Below are positions 54,941 to 64,000 of a stretch of 64,000 nt of DNA, piece after piece (the first letter of the stretch is position 1; each line of letters begins with the position of its first letter). The stretch spans positions 118,994 through 182,993 of the forward strand of contig CBFFRQ010000028.1 in assembly GCA_965644315.1 (NCBI GenBank), given 5' to 3'. Made by a program: the position numbers and the translations under genes. The DNA comes from Caecitellus pseudoparvulus (Eukaryota > Protista > Bigyra: Bicosoecida). The notes under the pieces are model-generated. The model saw nothing but the letters and a program-made list of their open reading frames with translations. It was not told the origin of the DNA and did no database searches.

Positions 54941-57900
54941 TCAAGCCCATTGCTGTGCTTCCAGCACACGGCCATGCCACCCCACCAAGCTCGACCGGTG
55001 ACCCACACTCAGCACACCACACCCCAACCCACGCACAGCCCCCAACGCCACACCCTCCGTCGCCTCGTCCATCGCAGACGTCGCCTCGTCCAGCACTGCC
55101 AGGGCCGGCGCGTGCAGGAGCAGGCGCAGGATGGCCAGGCGCTGCGCCTCGCCAGGGCTGAGGCGGGCACCCCAGTCCGCCACCTGGTCCAGCGGGTCGG
55201 TGTCCGAGGGACAACCCCGGCAGACGGCGTCCCACAGCCCCAAGTGCTTCAGTAGGCGCCGCAATTCAGAGCAAGAGGGCATGGCATGGGCGGGGATGGG
55301 GGTAAAGGCCCCATCTGGCGTGCATGCTGCAGTCGTCTGGTCACAAATGGGGGTGGGAAAGAGGGCGTTCGCTCGGAGAGAGGCGGTGAACAACAAGGGT
55401 CGCTGGGGCAGCACCATGATGCCGCGGTAGCCATGCCGATGCGGCTGCAGTGGCCCTCCCCACTGCAGCCGGCCCCCTCCCAGAGGGACCAGCCCTGCCA
55501 GCCCGCGGATGAGGCTGCTCTTGCCACACCCTGTGGGCCCACGCAGGAGCACCCACTCCCCCCGTGCCAGCGTGAAGGAGACTCCCCTTAGCACGGGGGC
55601 GCAGTCAGGCGCTGGGAGGATGACTGCCTGGTGCACCTCCAGCACGCTGTCCTGAGGCAGGGGGGCAGGGCAGCTGGCGGCAGGGGGGGCTGTGGGTGGC
55701 TCGCACCCCCCCTCAGCGGGGCACGCCTCCACCACCTCGCTCACCCGGTGCACCATGCCGGCCGCCCCAGCTGTCAGGGTGATGTAGTCAGGCAGAGCGC
55801 AGGCGTACAACAACAGCGATGTCAGGAGGCCTGCGAGCGTGTATAGCCCCGACACGGAGGTGCCATGTGAAAGAGGCACGTCCCCGCGCCCCAACGCGGC
55901 AGATGCAAGCCAGTACGCGGCAGCCGTGCCGCCCAGTGCCACACACCGCTCCAGCAGCACCGCTGGTACCTTGGCAAGGATGACTGCATGCCCAGCCCGC
56001 AGGACGCGGCCTAGTGCTGCGTCCAGCTGCCGGCGCAGCGCGGGGCCGCCCCCCTCAAGGGCGATGGAGGCAGCTGCACGCCCAGCGTGGGTGTGCTGCT
56101 GCCGCAGCAGGCCCTCCTGGCGCTGCAGAGCATACACCCACCGGGGGATGCGCTGGGCTGCGAGCAGGGTGCAGCAAGCTGCGATGCCTGCGACAACCCA
56201 CGCCCACCCCGTCGCCCAGGCAGATACACGGGCAGCTGCAGCCGAAAGAGTCGCAAGTTGCGCCACCACAGTCAACAGGGCGATGCGGTTCTCGGCACCA
56301 AAGAGCACCAGAGACACCTGGTGCGTCGCGGCATACGCATCGGCGAGCACACGCTGGTCAATGGAACAGCCGTCGCCTGCCAACGCCAAGTCAACGCCAC
56401 TGTCTGGGGAAGCCGCAGGGAGAATGAGCGGGGTGCGCCCCGAAGCGGCTTGTAGGGATGACAGGGAAGGGGTCACTTGCATCGTGCTCCGGTGCCGCTG
56501 TAGGCCTGCCGTGATGCTGGGCAGAGTGCTCGGCGCCTCGAGCAGCCTGTGCGTAAGACTGCGCACCAGGCGATAATACCACAGCACCGCAACGCACTTG
56601 CCTAGCAGCCTGGCCACTGCGCCCGCCACGGCAGCACCCACGTACACAGCGCCTGCCCAAGCCAACTGCGATCCAAAGGGTCCCCACCGCTCCTGCACGA
56701 TGGCTTCATACAAAGCTGCGGTTTTGAGCACGCTGCTGACTGACAGCCAGGTGAGGGAGATGGACACGCCGATGCTGCACAGAAGCAGGGCGCTCTGCCA
56801 GTCCATCAGCCTGGGGAAGCCCATCCTGAATAGGGCAGCCAGGCGTGTGAGCAGGAGCCAATCCAGGGCAGCGGATGCGGGTGGCTCTTTCTCGGCGCCA
56901 GGCGGGGTGTCCGGGAGGCGCCCGCACAAGTCACGGGGCTGTGATTCAGCATCGACGGGGTGCTGGGACTCCGCTGATACCGGCTGCGAGTCACACTGCT
57001 CGGCTGGGGCTTGGATGCCGAGCGGGGTGAGCTCCAGCACACGGCCATGCCACCCCACCAAGCTCGACCGGTGACCCACACTCAGCACACCACACCCCAA
57101 CCCACGCACAGCCCCCAACGCCACACCCTCCGTCGCCTCGTCCATCGCAGACGTCGCCTCGTCCAGCACTGCCAGGGCCGGCGCGTGCAGGAGCAGGCGC
57201 AGGATGGCCAGGCGCTGCGCCTCGCCAGGGCTGAGGCGGGCACCCCAGTCCGCCACTTGGTTCAAACGAGCCGTGAGCACGGGAAGGTTCACGCGCTGGA
57301 GATACTCTTGCGTCCCACGCGAAGCAGGGTCCATGCGACCCGCCCACTCTTCCAGGCGAGGCGACAGGCGCAGCTCCTGCGAGCTAGGAGTCACACATGT
57401 TCCGACGGGTCGAAGGCAGGGTCCGACGAGAGAATCCAGCCGGAGGTGCCACATGAGATACCCGATGTCCACGTCGGCATAGGGACACGGCGGCTCAGAG
57501 GGTGCGCTGCTGGGGCCCGATACACAGGCGCAGGGTGGCGCCGCCCCTGTGGTGCACGCTGGCAGGCCTTGGGGCGCCCGCACCCCCTCATCCGCAGGGA
57601 AGGTGGCGGTATGGCGAAGGGTGGCGTGGAGGGGAAAGGAGGGCGACTGAGGCACGATGTGCACATGACTCAGGGGAGTGGACAGGATGGGGCGGGGACC
57701 TCGCGTCGGCTGCAGGCCAAAGATGCCGCGGATGAGGCTGCTCTTGCCACACCCTGTGGGCCCACGCAGAAGAACCCACTCCCCTCGTGCCAGCGTGAAG
57801 GTGACTCCCTGCACCAGCATGGCGCCCTCCACCGCCTCTCGCTGGGGAAGTGCAGCATACTCGGACCCGTTTGGAGCCTGCACCCTGTCCGAAGGGGACG

Positions 57901-59377
57901 AGCGCGCAGCTGGGAGGGACAAATCGCTCACCGTCAAGAGAGGCGCACATTCGTCCGTTGGGGGCTGGACCTGGGGCGGCTTGCAGCTGGGAGAGGCTGC
58001 AAGCGCCGTGTGCAGCTCCACCACGCGCACCAGGCGCCCTGCGAGGGTTCCGAACGAGTCCAAGATGCCAGGAATTGTGGACAGTGCGTACAGCAGTGTC
58101 ATGGCAGCTGCAGCAGCAGTGCCCACCACCTCGACCGTCACGCCGGCAGCTGCGGGCGGATCTGCGGAGCTAGCCGACACAGCACCCATGGCAGTGGCGT
58201 TTCCTGCAGGTGCAGGCATGCCACTGCCATCCAGCACCCCCTCTGCCCGGAGAAAGCCCACCAGGGCCAGCGCCACCAGGATGGGCGCACTGCCCTGCAA
58301 CCCAAACCACGCTCCCTGCACACACTGCGCGCCGTACAGGCGCAAGCGCTGCGCAACGTTCCCCTTCAAGGTGTGTGTGAGGAGTTCCTGCGTCGCATCG
58401 CCGCCTCGCACCAGGCCCACCTCGGTGGCGAACGCGGCAACCTTTGCGAAAGCGGCGCGCACGAGGCCAGTGCTGCTCGAGGCGGCGTCCGTTCGGCGCC
58501 CCACCCACCCTGCCAGCACAGACATGACCAGTGCACACACAGCAGCCCAGGCGCACGACAAGCCGATGCCTGCTGGGTATAGCTGTGCCACGTCGGCCAA
58601 CGAAAAGCCCAGCGACACCAGCGTGCCTGATGCCGCGTACGGGTTGTCGAAGGTGCCTGCCACCAGCTGGGCCAAGGTGGACGCCGCCACCGCCAGGTCG
58701 CGAGTCATGCGCTGGTCAGGGGTGTCAATGGACTCGCCTGCACTGCTCGAGCCCCCATCCAGGCGCAGCGGCAACGCTCCGCTCTGCAGTTTGTACAGCG
58801 CACCCTCCCTGCAGTACAGCCGGTGCAGGCGCTGCCCCACTGCCCCACGCCAATGCAGAGACAGTCGTTCGCCCTGAGCAAGCACAGAAGTGGTGGCCAA
58901 GTGCTGCCGCTGCGCCTGCGCACACGGCCTCAAGCAGCACTCACCAGGGCAGCTCCAACGACAAAGCTGGCTGCTGTTGCCAGGTACCAGGCAGTGCAAA
59001 CCAGCTGCGCCTGCAGGAGTGACCCGCCTTGGAACCCCAGCGCCACAGCGAGTACAATGGTGCAAGCCTTGAGGCCCATGTAAGATGCGTAGGAGCTGTA
59101 AAAGACGCATACACCGTGCGCTGTGGCTGCGGCACTGCCAGATTTGTCGTGCGTCATATTCCGCATTCCGCACCTGAAGCTCTGACTGCAAATCCCGAGC
59201 AGCAATTCAACCACATGAGTGGAGGTGGGCGTCCAAGGCAGCCATGATGTGAATTGGAATAGGGCGCTCCAGAAGGTGCCCTGGAAGACCGGGCCCAGCG
59301 CGCTGCAGCCGAGGCAGCGGGTGGTGGAGGCTGAGCAGCGCATGCTGAGCTGAGAGCCACGCCTGCCACAGCGGCAT
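54941..59377 (-). CDS. full-size (TMD-NBD)2 ABCD-subfamily transporter, ABCD4-like; 5' exons uncertain
   Basis: Two copies each of Walker A GPTGCGKSSL, LSPGEAQRL, AVLDEATSAMD and SVGHR. TMD motifs IDTPDQRMTRD and SIDQRVLAD, and EAA-like EGLLRQQH. Confidence 0.85.
54960..55183. repeat. 224-bp direct repeat, copy 1 (NBD2 signature to H-loop)
   Basis: Identical by eye to 57033-57256. Confidence 0.92.
55503..55586. repeat. 84-bp near-identical repeat (Walker A region); partner at 57726-57809
   Basis: ccgcggatgaggctgctcttgccacaccctgtgggcccacgcag is shared exactly; I count 4 mismatches over 84 bp. Confidence 0.88.
57033..57256. repeat. 224-bp direct repeat, copy 2 (NBD1 signature to H-loop)
   Basis: Identical by eye to 54960-55183. 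Confidence 0.92.
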
Positions 59378-59481
59378 GAAAGCTGGAGAGGTCGAGGTGG
59401 GCGCCAGCTGACAGCTTTTTTGAGTCTTAGTGTGAATGCTGGGTCCGCTCAGACTGCCGGTGGCGGGGGAGAAGGGAGCCC

Positions 59482-60435
59482 TCAACCTTCAGGAGCAGAA
59501 GTGGTGGGCAACTCTTCCCCTGTGCCTCCCCCGACGCCGTGCGCCAGCGCAGCACCATGAGCTGGGAGCCCAGAAGGATCATCAGCGGTTCCGGACTCTG
59601 GCACGTGGCGGATGGTGAGGGAGATGCGGGGGCCCGCCCGCTCGATGGCCTGACCGGGCGTGACGCCCTCGCCCGGATTGGCGACGTCCTCCGGCACGAC
59701 GAATGCATGGTCCTCCTCCACACTGTGCTCGTAGTCAATGTAGGCATTGTGGGAAAACACTACGAGAGATGCTGGCTGCAGTACCAAGCATGCCTCTGTT
59801 GCGGGCACCTGGCTGGACTGGCCACGGCGCGGGCGCAAAGTGAACCGAGCAGGAGCACCCAGGCTCAGGGTTGCCACGACTTGGTGGTAGAGGGGGCCAT
59901 CTGTGTGGGGCATAATGCCCTGCCCAGGCAGGTACTCGTTGATGAGCACGTGGTTGGGCTTCAGACGGGGCGGGAACACCCCCAGGCGCACCAGAGCCTC
60001 AGCGATGCTGTCGAGCCAGCCGGGCAGCTCCTCGGCCTCTTGCAGCCCGCCAGGGGCTGGCTTGCCGCCCCAGTTCTGGAGGCGACGACCACGCAGCTGC
60101 ACCCACTTGGGTTTGTATGCTGCATCATTCACGCATGCCACCAGCGCGTCGTGAGTGGCGCGGGAGATGACGTCCGGAAGGTACTTCACAGTCGCGGGAC
60201 ACGCCGGCAACACTGCTGCGTCAAAGTGAGCCGGTAACTCCTCCAGCTCTGCCGTCCAGCTAAAGGCCAAGTCTGGATGCGTGACCCCCTTTGGGAGTCG
60301 TGGGAAAGTGTCCCCCGAAGAAGCCCTCACCGCGTGCTCCTCCTTCTGCTCCTGGCGTTTCACTGGCGTTGGACCTTTGCCAGCTCTGACCCGTGCTAGT
60401 TCTCGCTTCCACATTGCAGCCATGTCCAGCGCCAT
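59482..60435 (-). CDS. ALKBH6: AlkB homolog 6 (2OG-Fe(II) dioxygenase)
   Basis: Motifs KWVQLRGRRLQNWGG, PNHVLINEYLPGQGIMPHTDGPLY, YEHSV and RISLTIRHV. Confidence 0.92.
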   Translation of the reverse strand: MALDMAAMWKRELARVRAGKGPTPVKRQEQKEEHAVRASSGDTFPRLPKGVTHPDLAFSWTAELEELPAHFDAAVLPACPATVKYLPDVISRATHDALVACVNDAAYKPKWVQLRGRRLQNWGGKPAPGGLQEAEELPGWLDSIAEALVRLGVFPPRLKPNHVLINEYLPGQGIMPHTDGPLYHQVVATLSLGAPARFTLRPRRGQSSQVPATEACLVLQPASLVVFSHNAYIDYEHSVEEDHAFVVPEDVANPGEGVTPGQAIERAGPRISLTIRHVPESGTADDPSGLPAHGAALAHGVGGGTGEELPTTSAPEG

Positions 60436-60875
60436 ACCGCAGCGACGACAGTGCTGAGTAGCACGGCAGCCTGCTTGCAGTTCAGCACTCGCTTGCGCAG
60501 CCCGCAGAAGCCTGGCGAGGTAGAGCAGGCTGGTGTCGAGCAGCGCAAGCACAAGATCCCACTGGCCTGCACGCCGCCAGGGAGGAGAACAGACCCTGGG
60601 AAGGAGGCCTGGACACCTGTCTCAGCACAACCCAATGGGGTAGACGCAGTCCATGATTGGTTCGCCCGGTCAGGCTTCAGTTGCTTTGAATTGCTCACGC
60701 ATGACGATTGAGGGGGGCACGGCCTTGGCCGCACATCCCACGAAACACAGAACGTCATATCACGACGGTACACTTTCACATACACTCCGCACCACACGGC
60801 GCGAATATTCTTCTCAGCCTGCACTCAGGCTCAATCACCCCCAGCGGCAGGCCGTCAGCAAGGCTCGGGGCTCAC

Positions 60876-62786
60876 TCATGCCCGCACACTGTCCATCTCA
60901 GACCCTGTGGACCCTGACGCAGAATCCAGGCGCCCACGCTTCTTGCCCCGGCCTTGCGTGTCCAGGGGAGTCCTGCTCACCCTCACCAGCTGGTTGCGAG
61001 ACCTGCTCTTGCGAGTGCGCCCTGCCGATTGCAGGCGGATGACGGTCGGCGGGCGGCCATCCCCAGTGCCGCCGAAGTCCATGATGACCGGCTCCTCCGC
61101 CTGCCCGCCACTCTTGGAGCTGATGACGCTGACGTCCACCTTGGAGCTGTACTTGAAGGGGTATGGCACCTTTGCCTTGCTCCCCCGCTTGCGCTTGCAG
61201 GTGGCACAGGGGCAGGAGCCGGAGCAAACCGGGCAAACCCACTGCACCAGCCCCGTGCGCACGGCGTGGAAGTCCAAGTTGCAGCGCCGGCGCAGGCAGT
61301 TCGCACAGTAGGCATGCCACCCCCCGTGAGCCATGGCATGGGCGCAGTTGATGACGTCCTCCCGCTTGTAGTGGCAGGAGTGGCACGTCATGGCTTGCTG
61401 GGACACGAACGGCACCATGCTGGCGTGCGTGGGGGCGGCGGGGTCCCCCATCACTTCCGGGTTGGTCTTGATGCCGCGGCTGGAGTGCACGCCACTGCGC
61501 CCCTTGTACACGTTCCCGATGAGCGGCACGGCCGCGGTGCCCCATGACATCAGCACGACTGTGCCTTGCGGAGGCAGGCACTGCTCGCCACCTGATACCT
61601 GCAGCCCTGGTCGGGTCTGGTGGCTTGGTTGAGGGGGCTGGATGGGAGACGGGCCCCAGAGGCCCCCTGCTGCTCCCAAACTCATGCCCATGACAGCAAG
61701 GGGCTGCTGTGGTGCCCGCATGGCAGGCGCAGATGTGGGCAGCTGGGCAGAGGACCCTGGTAAGCCAAGGTGCTGCGCGTGGCAGGCACAGTCTGCGCAG
61801 TGCTTGGACCCAGGCGTGGCAAGGGGCATGCCGAGAGCTACCTGCGACGTGGAGCCAGGGGGCTGCCCCAACAACTCGTGGCTCGAGCCGGCCGTCGTGC
61901 CAGAACCCACATCGCCCCACAGAGCTTCACTCTCCGCCTCCAACAGGGCAGATGCCTCTGTGGGACCGGCAGTTGGGTTGTAGGCAAAGGGGGGCAGTGT
62001 GGCGGGTGTCGAGAAGGAGGCACTGCCGTAGTGGGCGGCATGGCTCAAGAAAGGAGCAGAAGGCTGGAAGACCGTGCCTGCCACACCTGGCTGCACTCCA
62101 AAGTGTGACCGCCGGTGCACTGGAGTGAAGTGCTGTGGGCCGCTCCTGGCCGCCGTGGGGTGGGGCGCTCCCCCATGAATGACGTGGGGGCCGGGCCCAC
62201 TAGTCGAAAGGGGCGGCGCGTGGTGCTGCTGCGGCCCGCCCTGGGCTCCGCTGTTGTACCCCGCCTGCGAAAGAAGGAGAGTGTGTGGTGCTGGTCGGTG
62301 CATCGGGAGAAAAGATGCTCCAGAGACACGCACAGGCACGACATGCCCGCCGACAGTGGAGTTGGCGGCAAGTGGGGCGCTTGCGTGGCTCCAACTGTGT
62401 TGCGGCACTGAAACTGCTGCAGCAGGGGTCAGGGAGTGCAGCTGCTTGGACCTGAAGAGCAAGCAGGGGCGAGGGCGTGCGGAGGGCGGGGCGGAACAAT
62501 CGAAGGCATGGGGCGTGTGCTCAGGCAGTGCCGCTTCGATGCGGAGCAAAAGGCACACCACCTCGCACACGCACGGGGCAGGGTAGGCGCCGACTTCATG
62601 CGCGCCTCTTGGAGCTTGCGGGAACACTTGCTGCATGACCTTCCCTCCCAGCATGCTCTCGATGCTCTGGGAAGCGGAGGGCAGCGGCAGGCGTGGCCAC
62701 GTTGAAGTTGGGTAAAGAGTGCTGGGAAAGTTCGGATACCTTGCCACACAGCCTGACAAAGCACGAGGGAGGGCACAGGCGGCCAC
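60876..62786 (-). CDS. zf-4CXXC_R1 (CDCA7/KDM3-type) zinc finger protein with low-complexity N-terminus; true start probably downstream of 62786
   Basis: TCHSCHYK...NC...YCANCLRRR...WVCPVCSGSCPCATCKRKRG. Confidence 0.75.
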   Translation of the reverse strand: MAACALPRALSGCVARYPNFPSTLYPTSTWPRLPLPSASQSIESMLGGKVMQQVFPQAPRGAHEVGAYPAPCVCEVVCLLLRIEAALPEHTPHAFDCSAPPSARPRPCLLFRSKQLHSLTPAAAVSVPQHSWSHASAPLAANSTVGGHVVPVRVSGASFLPMHRPAPHTLLLSQAGYNSGAQGGPQQHHAPPLSTSGPGPHVIHGGAPHPTAARSGPQHFTPVHRRSHFGVQPGVAGTVFQPSAPFLSHAAHYGSASFSTPATLPPFAYNPTAGPTEASALLEAESEALWGDVGSGTTAGSSHELLGQPPGSTSQVALGMPLATPGSKHCADCACHAQHLGLPGSSAQLPTSAPAMRAPQQPLAVMGMSLGAAGGLWGPSPIQPPQPSHQTRPGLQVSGGEQCLPPQGTVVLMSWGTAAVPLIGNVYKGRSGVHSSRGIKTNPEVMGDPAAPTHASMVPFVSQQAMTCHSCHYKREDVINCAHAMAHGGWHAYCANCLRRRCNLDFHAVRTGLVQWVCPVCSGSCPCATCKRKRGSKAKVPYPFKYSSKVDVSVISSKSGGQAEEPVIMDFGGTGDGRPPTVIRLQSAGRTRKSRSRNQLVRVSRTPLDTQGRGKKRGRLDSASGSTGSEMDSVRA

Positions 62787-64000
62787 GAATGCCCGTCAAA
62801 CATGACGCCCCCACGCCTCCTTTTGTGCGAAAGCCCGACGCTCGAGGATGTTGGGCGGCACTTACAGCGAGAGCGTCAGCGAACTTGGCACAGTCAACGT
62901 GGCAGGGGAAGCGGAACTCGCTACCGTCCGGCCAGGTCAGGGCGCAAAACTCCTGTGAGAATGGGCCAGAGGTGGTGTTGTGCAAGGCTACCGCGGGGCC
63001 AGGTGGCAGCGTGCCTTGCTTGGCTGGCTTGGGTGAGGGACGCGAGCCACGTTTCTCGCAAAGACAGCAAGACAGCTGCCGCAGGCTTGCTCGACTCACG
63101 TGGCGCACGATGGGGCGGCCAACGCTGCCTACAGGCGTTACGATCAAATCACTGCCCAGGCTGGAGATGTGGATGCTGTCTGTGCACGGCGTGAGCAGCC
63201 CACAGAGTGTGCGCTTATGCATGTGCCGCCATCGTCTTGCTCAGCGATGGCAGCCACGCTGCATACTGCAACGCACGCCTGTCGTCTGCACCGCGCCCCA
63301 GGGACAGCAAGGCCTGATCATACTGTGCAAATCCCCCTCCTCCATGTGCCTCCCACCTAAAGAACGTCCCTTGGAACCAACTCATGGCGCTGGGGCGCTG
63401 CACGGAAGGCACCAAGCCAAACTCGCGCTAGTGATGCAATGAAGTGCCTCTGAACAAGGCTGACGTGTCCCTGGCCCAGAGACTGCACTGCAGAGCGAAG
63501 GTGGAACTTCCTTGCTGCTTTGAAGGGGCACGTAGCCGCTCTCGCACTTGGAGCGTCGACGTGGCAGCTCGGGTTTGCCGCAAAGGCTGATGTGCCGTCG
63601 TGGCTCAGCCAGCACTCCCCCCCTTGCCCTTGCTTGAGTTACGCGGCAAGGCGAGTGAAATGGGCAACCCCATGTACGGCGCGCAGATCTGCCCTTCACC
63701 CCAAGAGCGCCTTTGATGCAAAATCGCACAAGGTCCTGCGCAATTCAAACGTGGACTTGCACAGGAGCTCACTGCACGTTCTGCGCCAGTAGGGCCTTGC
63801 ACCTGCACCACATACCGACTGGGGAGCGAGACGAGTTGCGGCGCGTGCGCTGTGCCACACAGCCTGCCCCTCTGCTTGAGCAGCGTGTGTTCCAAGAACT
63901 GCAGGCAGGGCACTAGTCTTTGGTCAGGCTGCACTCACCGCTGGACGCTGCTGCCTTTCCAGGAGCAGCCTCTTCAGGTGTGTGCGTGCCGGATCGCTCC
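62596..64000 (-). CDS. 3' part of a multi-exon gene with possible PHD-like Cys/His motifs (enters from the window end)
   Basis: Fragments GCPFHSPC, SCCLCEKRG and FPCHVDCA in minus-strand ORFs 63382-63729 and 62596-63222. Confidence 0.35.

Noticed and set aside
54960-57256. 224-bp direct repeats as LTRs or a mobile element
   Set aside because: They are in-frame ABC NBD coding segments with no TG...CA ends, target-site duplication or transposase/RT.

Overview
This is GC-rich, very gene-dense eukaryotic nuclear DNA, not prokaryotic DNA. About 27 protein-coding genes are interrupted by short canonical GT-AG introns (mostly 65-100 nt; donors GTGCGT/GTGAG/GTACGT), so the ORF track mis-delimits most 5' ends. 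The style suggests a heterotrophic protist, possibly a stramenopile (inference only). Recognisable genes include Rab3GAP2, an alpha/beta hydrolase, lumazine synthase, a type-B carboxylesterase, NAT9, glutamate 5-kinase, TMEM69/DUF3429, eIF4A-III, a PHO84/PHT1 phosphate transporter, DUF2237, ALKBH6 and a zf-4CXXC_R1 protein. I found no rRNA, tRNA, CRISPR array or transposon that I can support. The most notable observations are: (1) a catalytically dead amidase with three inserted IQ motifs; (2) a Ran-binding-like domain fused to a phosphoethanolamine-methyltransferase-like domain and a membrane anchor; (3) a PP4R1-like HEAT scaffold ending in a villin headpiece; (4) a tandem ABCD4-like transporter whose two NBDs share a 224-bp identical block; (5) a FAD-oxidoreductase/CFA-methyltransferase fusion; (6) a cyclin box split by large insertions; (7) a recurrent AATGCA motif just after stop codons, a candidate non-AATAAA poly(A) signal that is palindromic between some tightly convergent genes. 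All family assignments come from motif recognition by eye; no searches were run.
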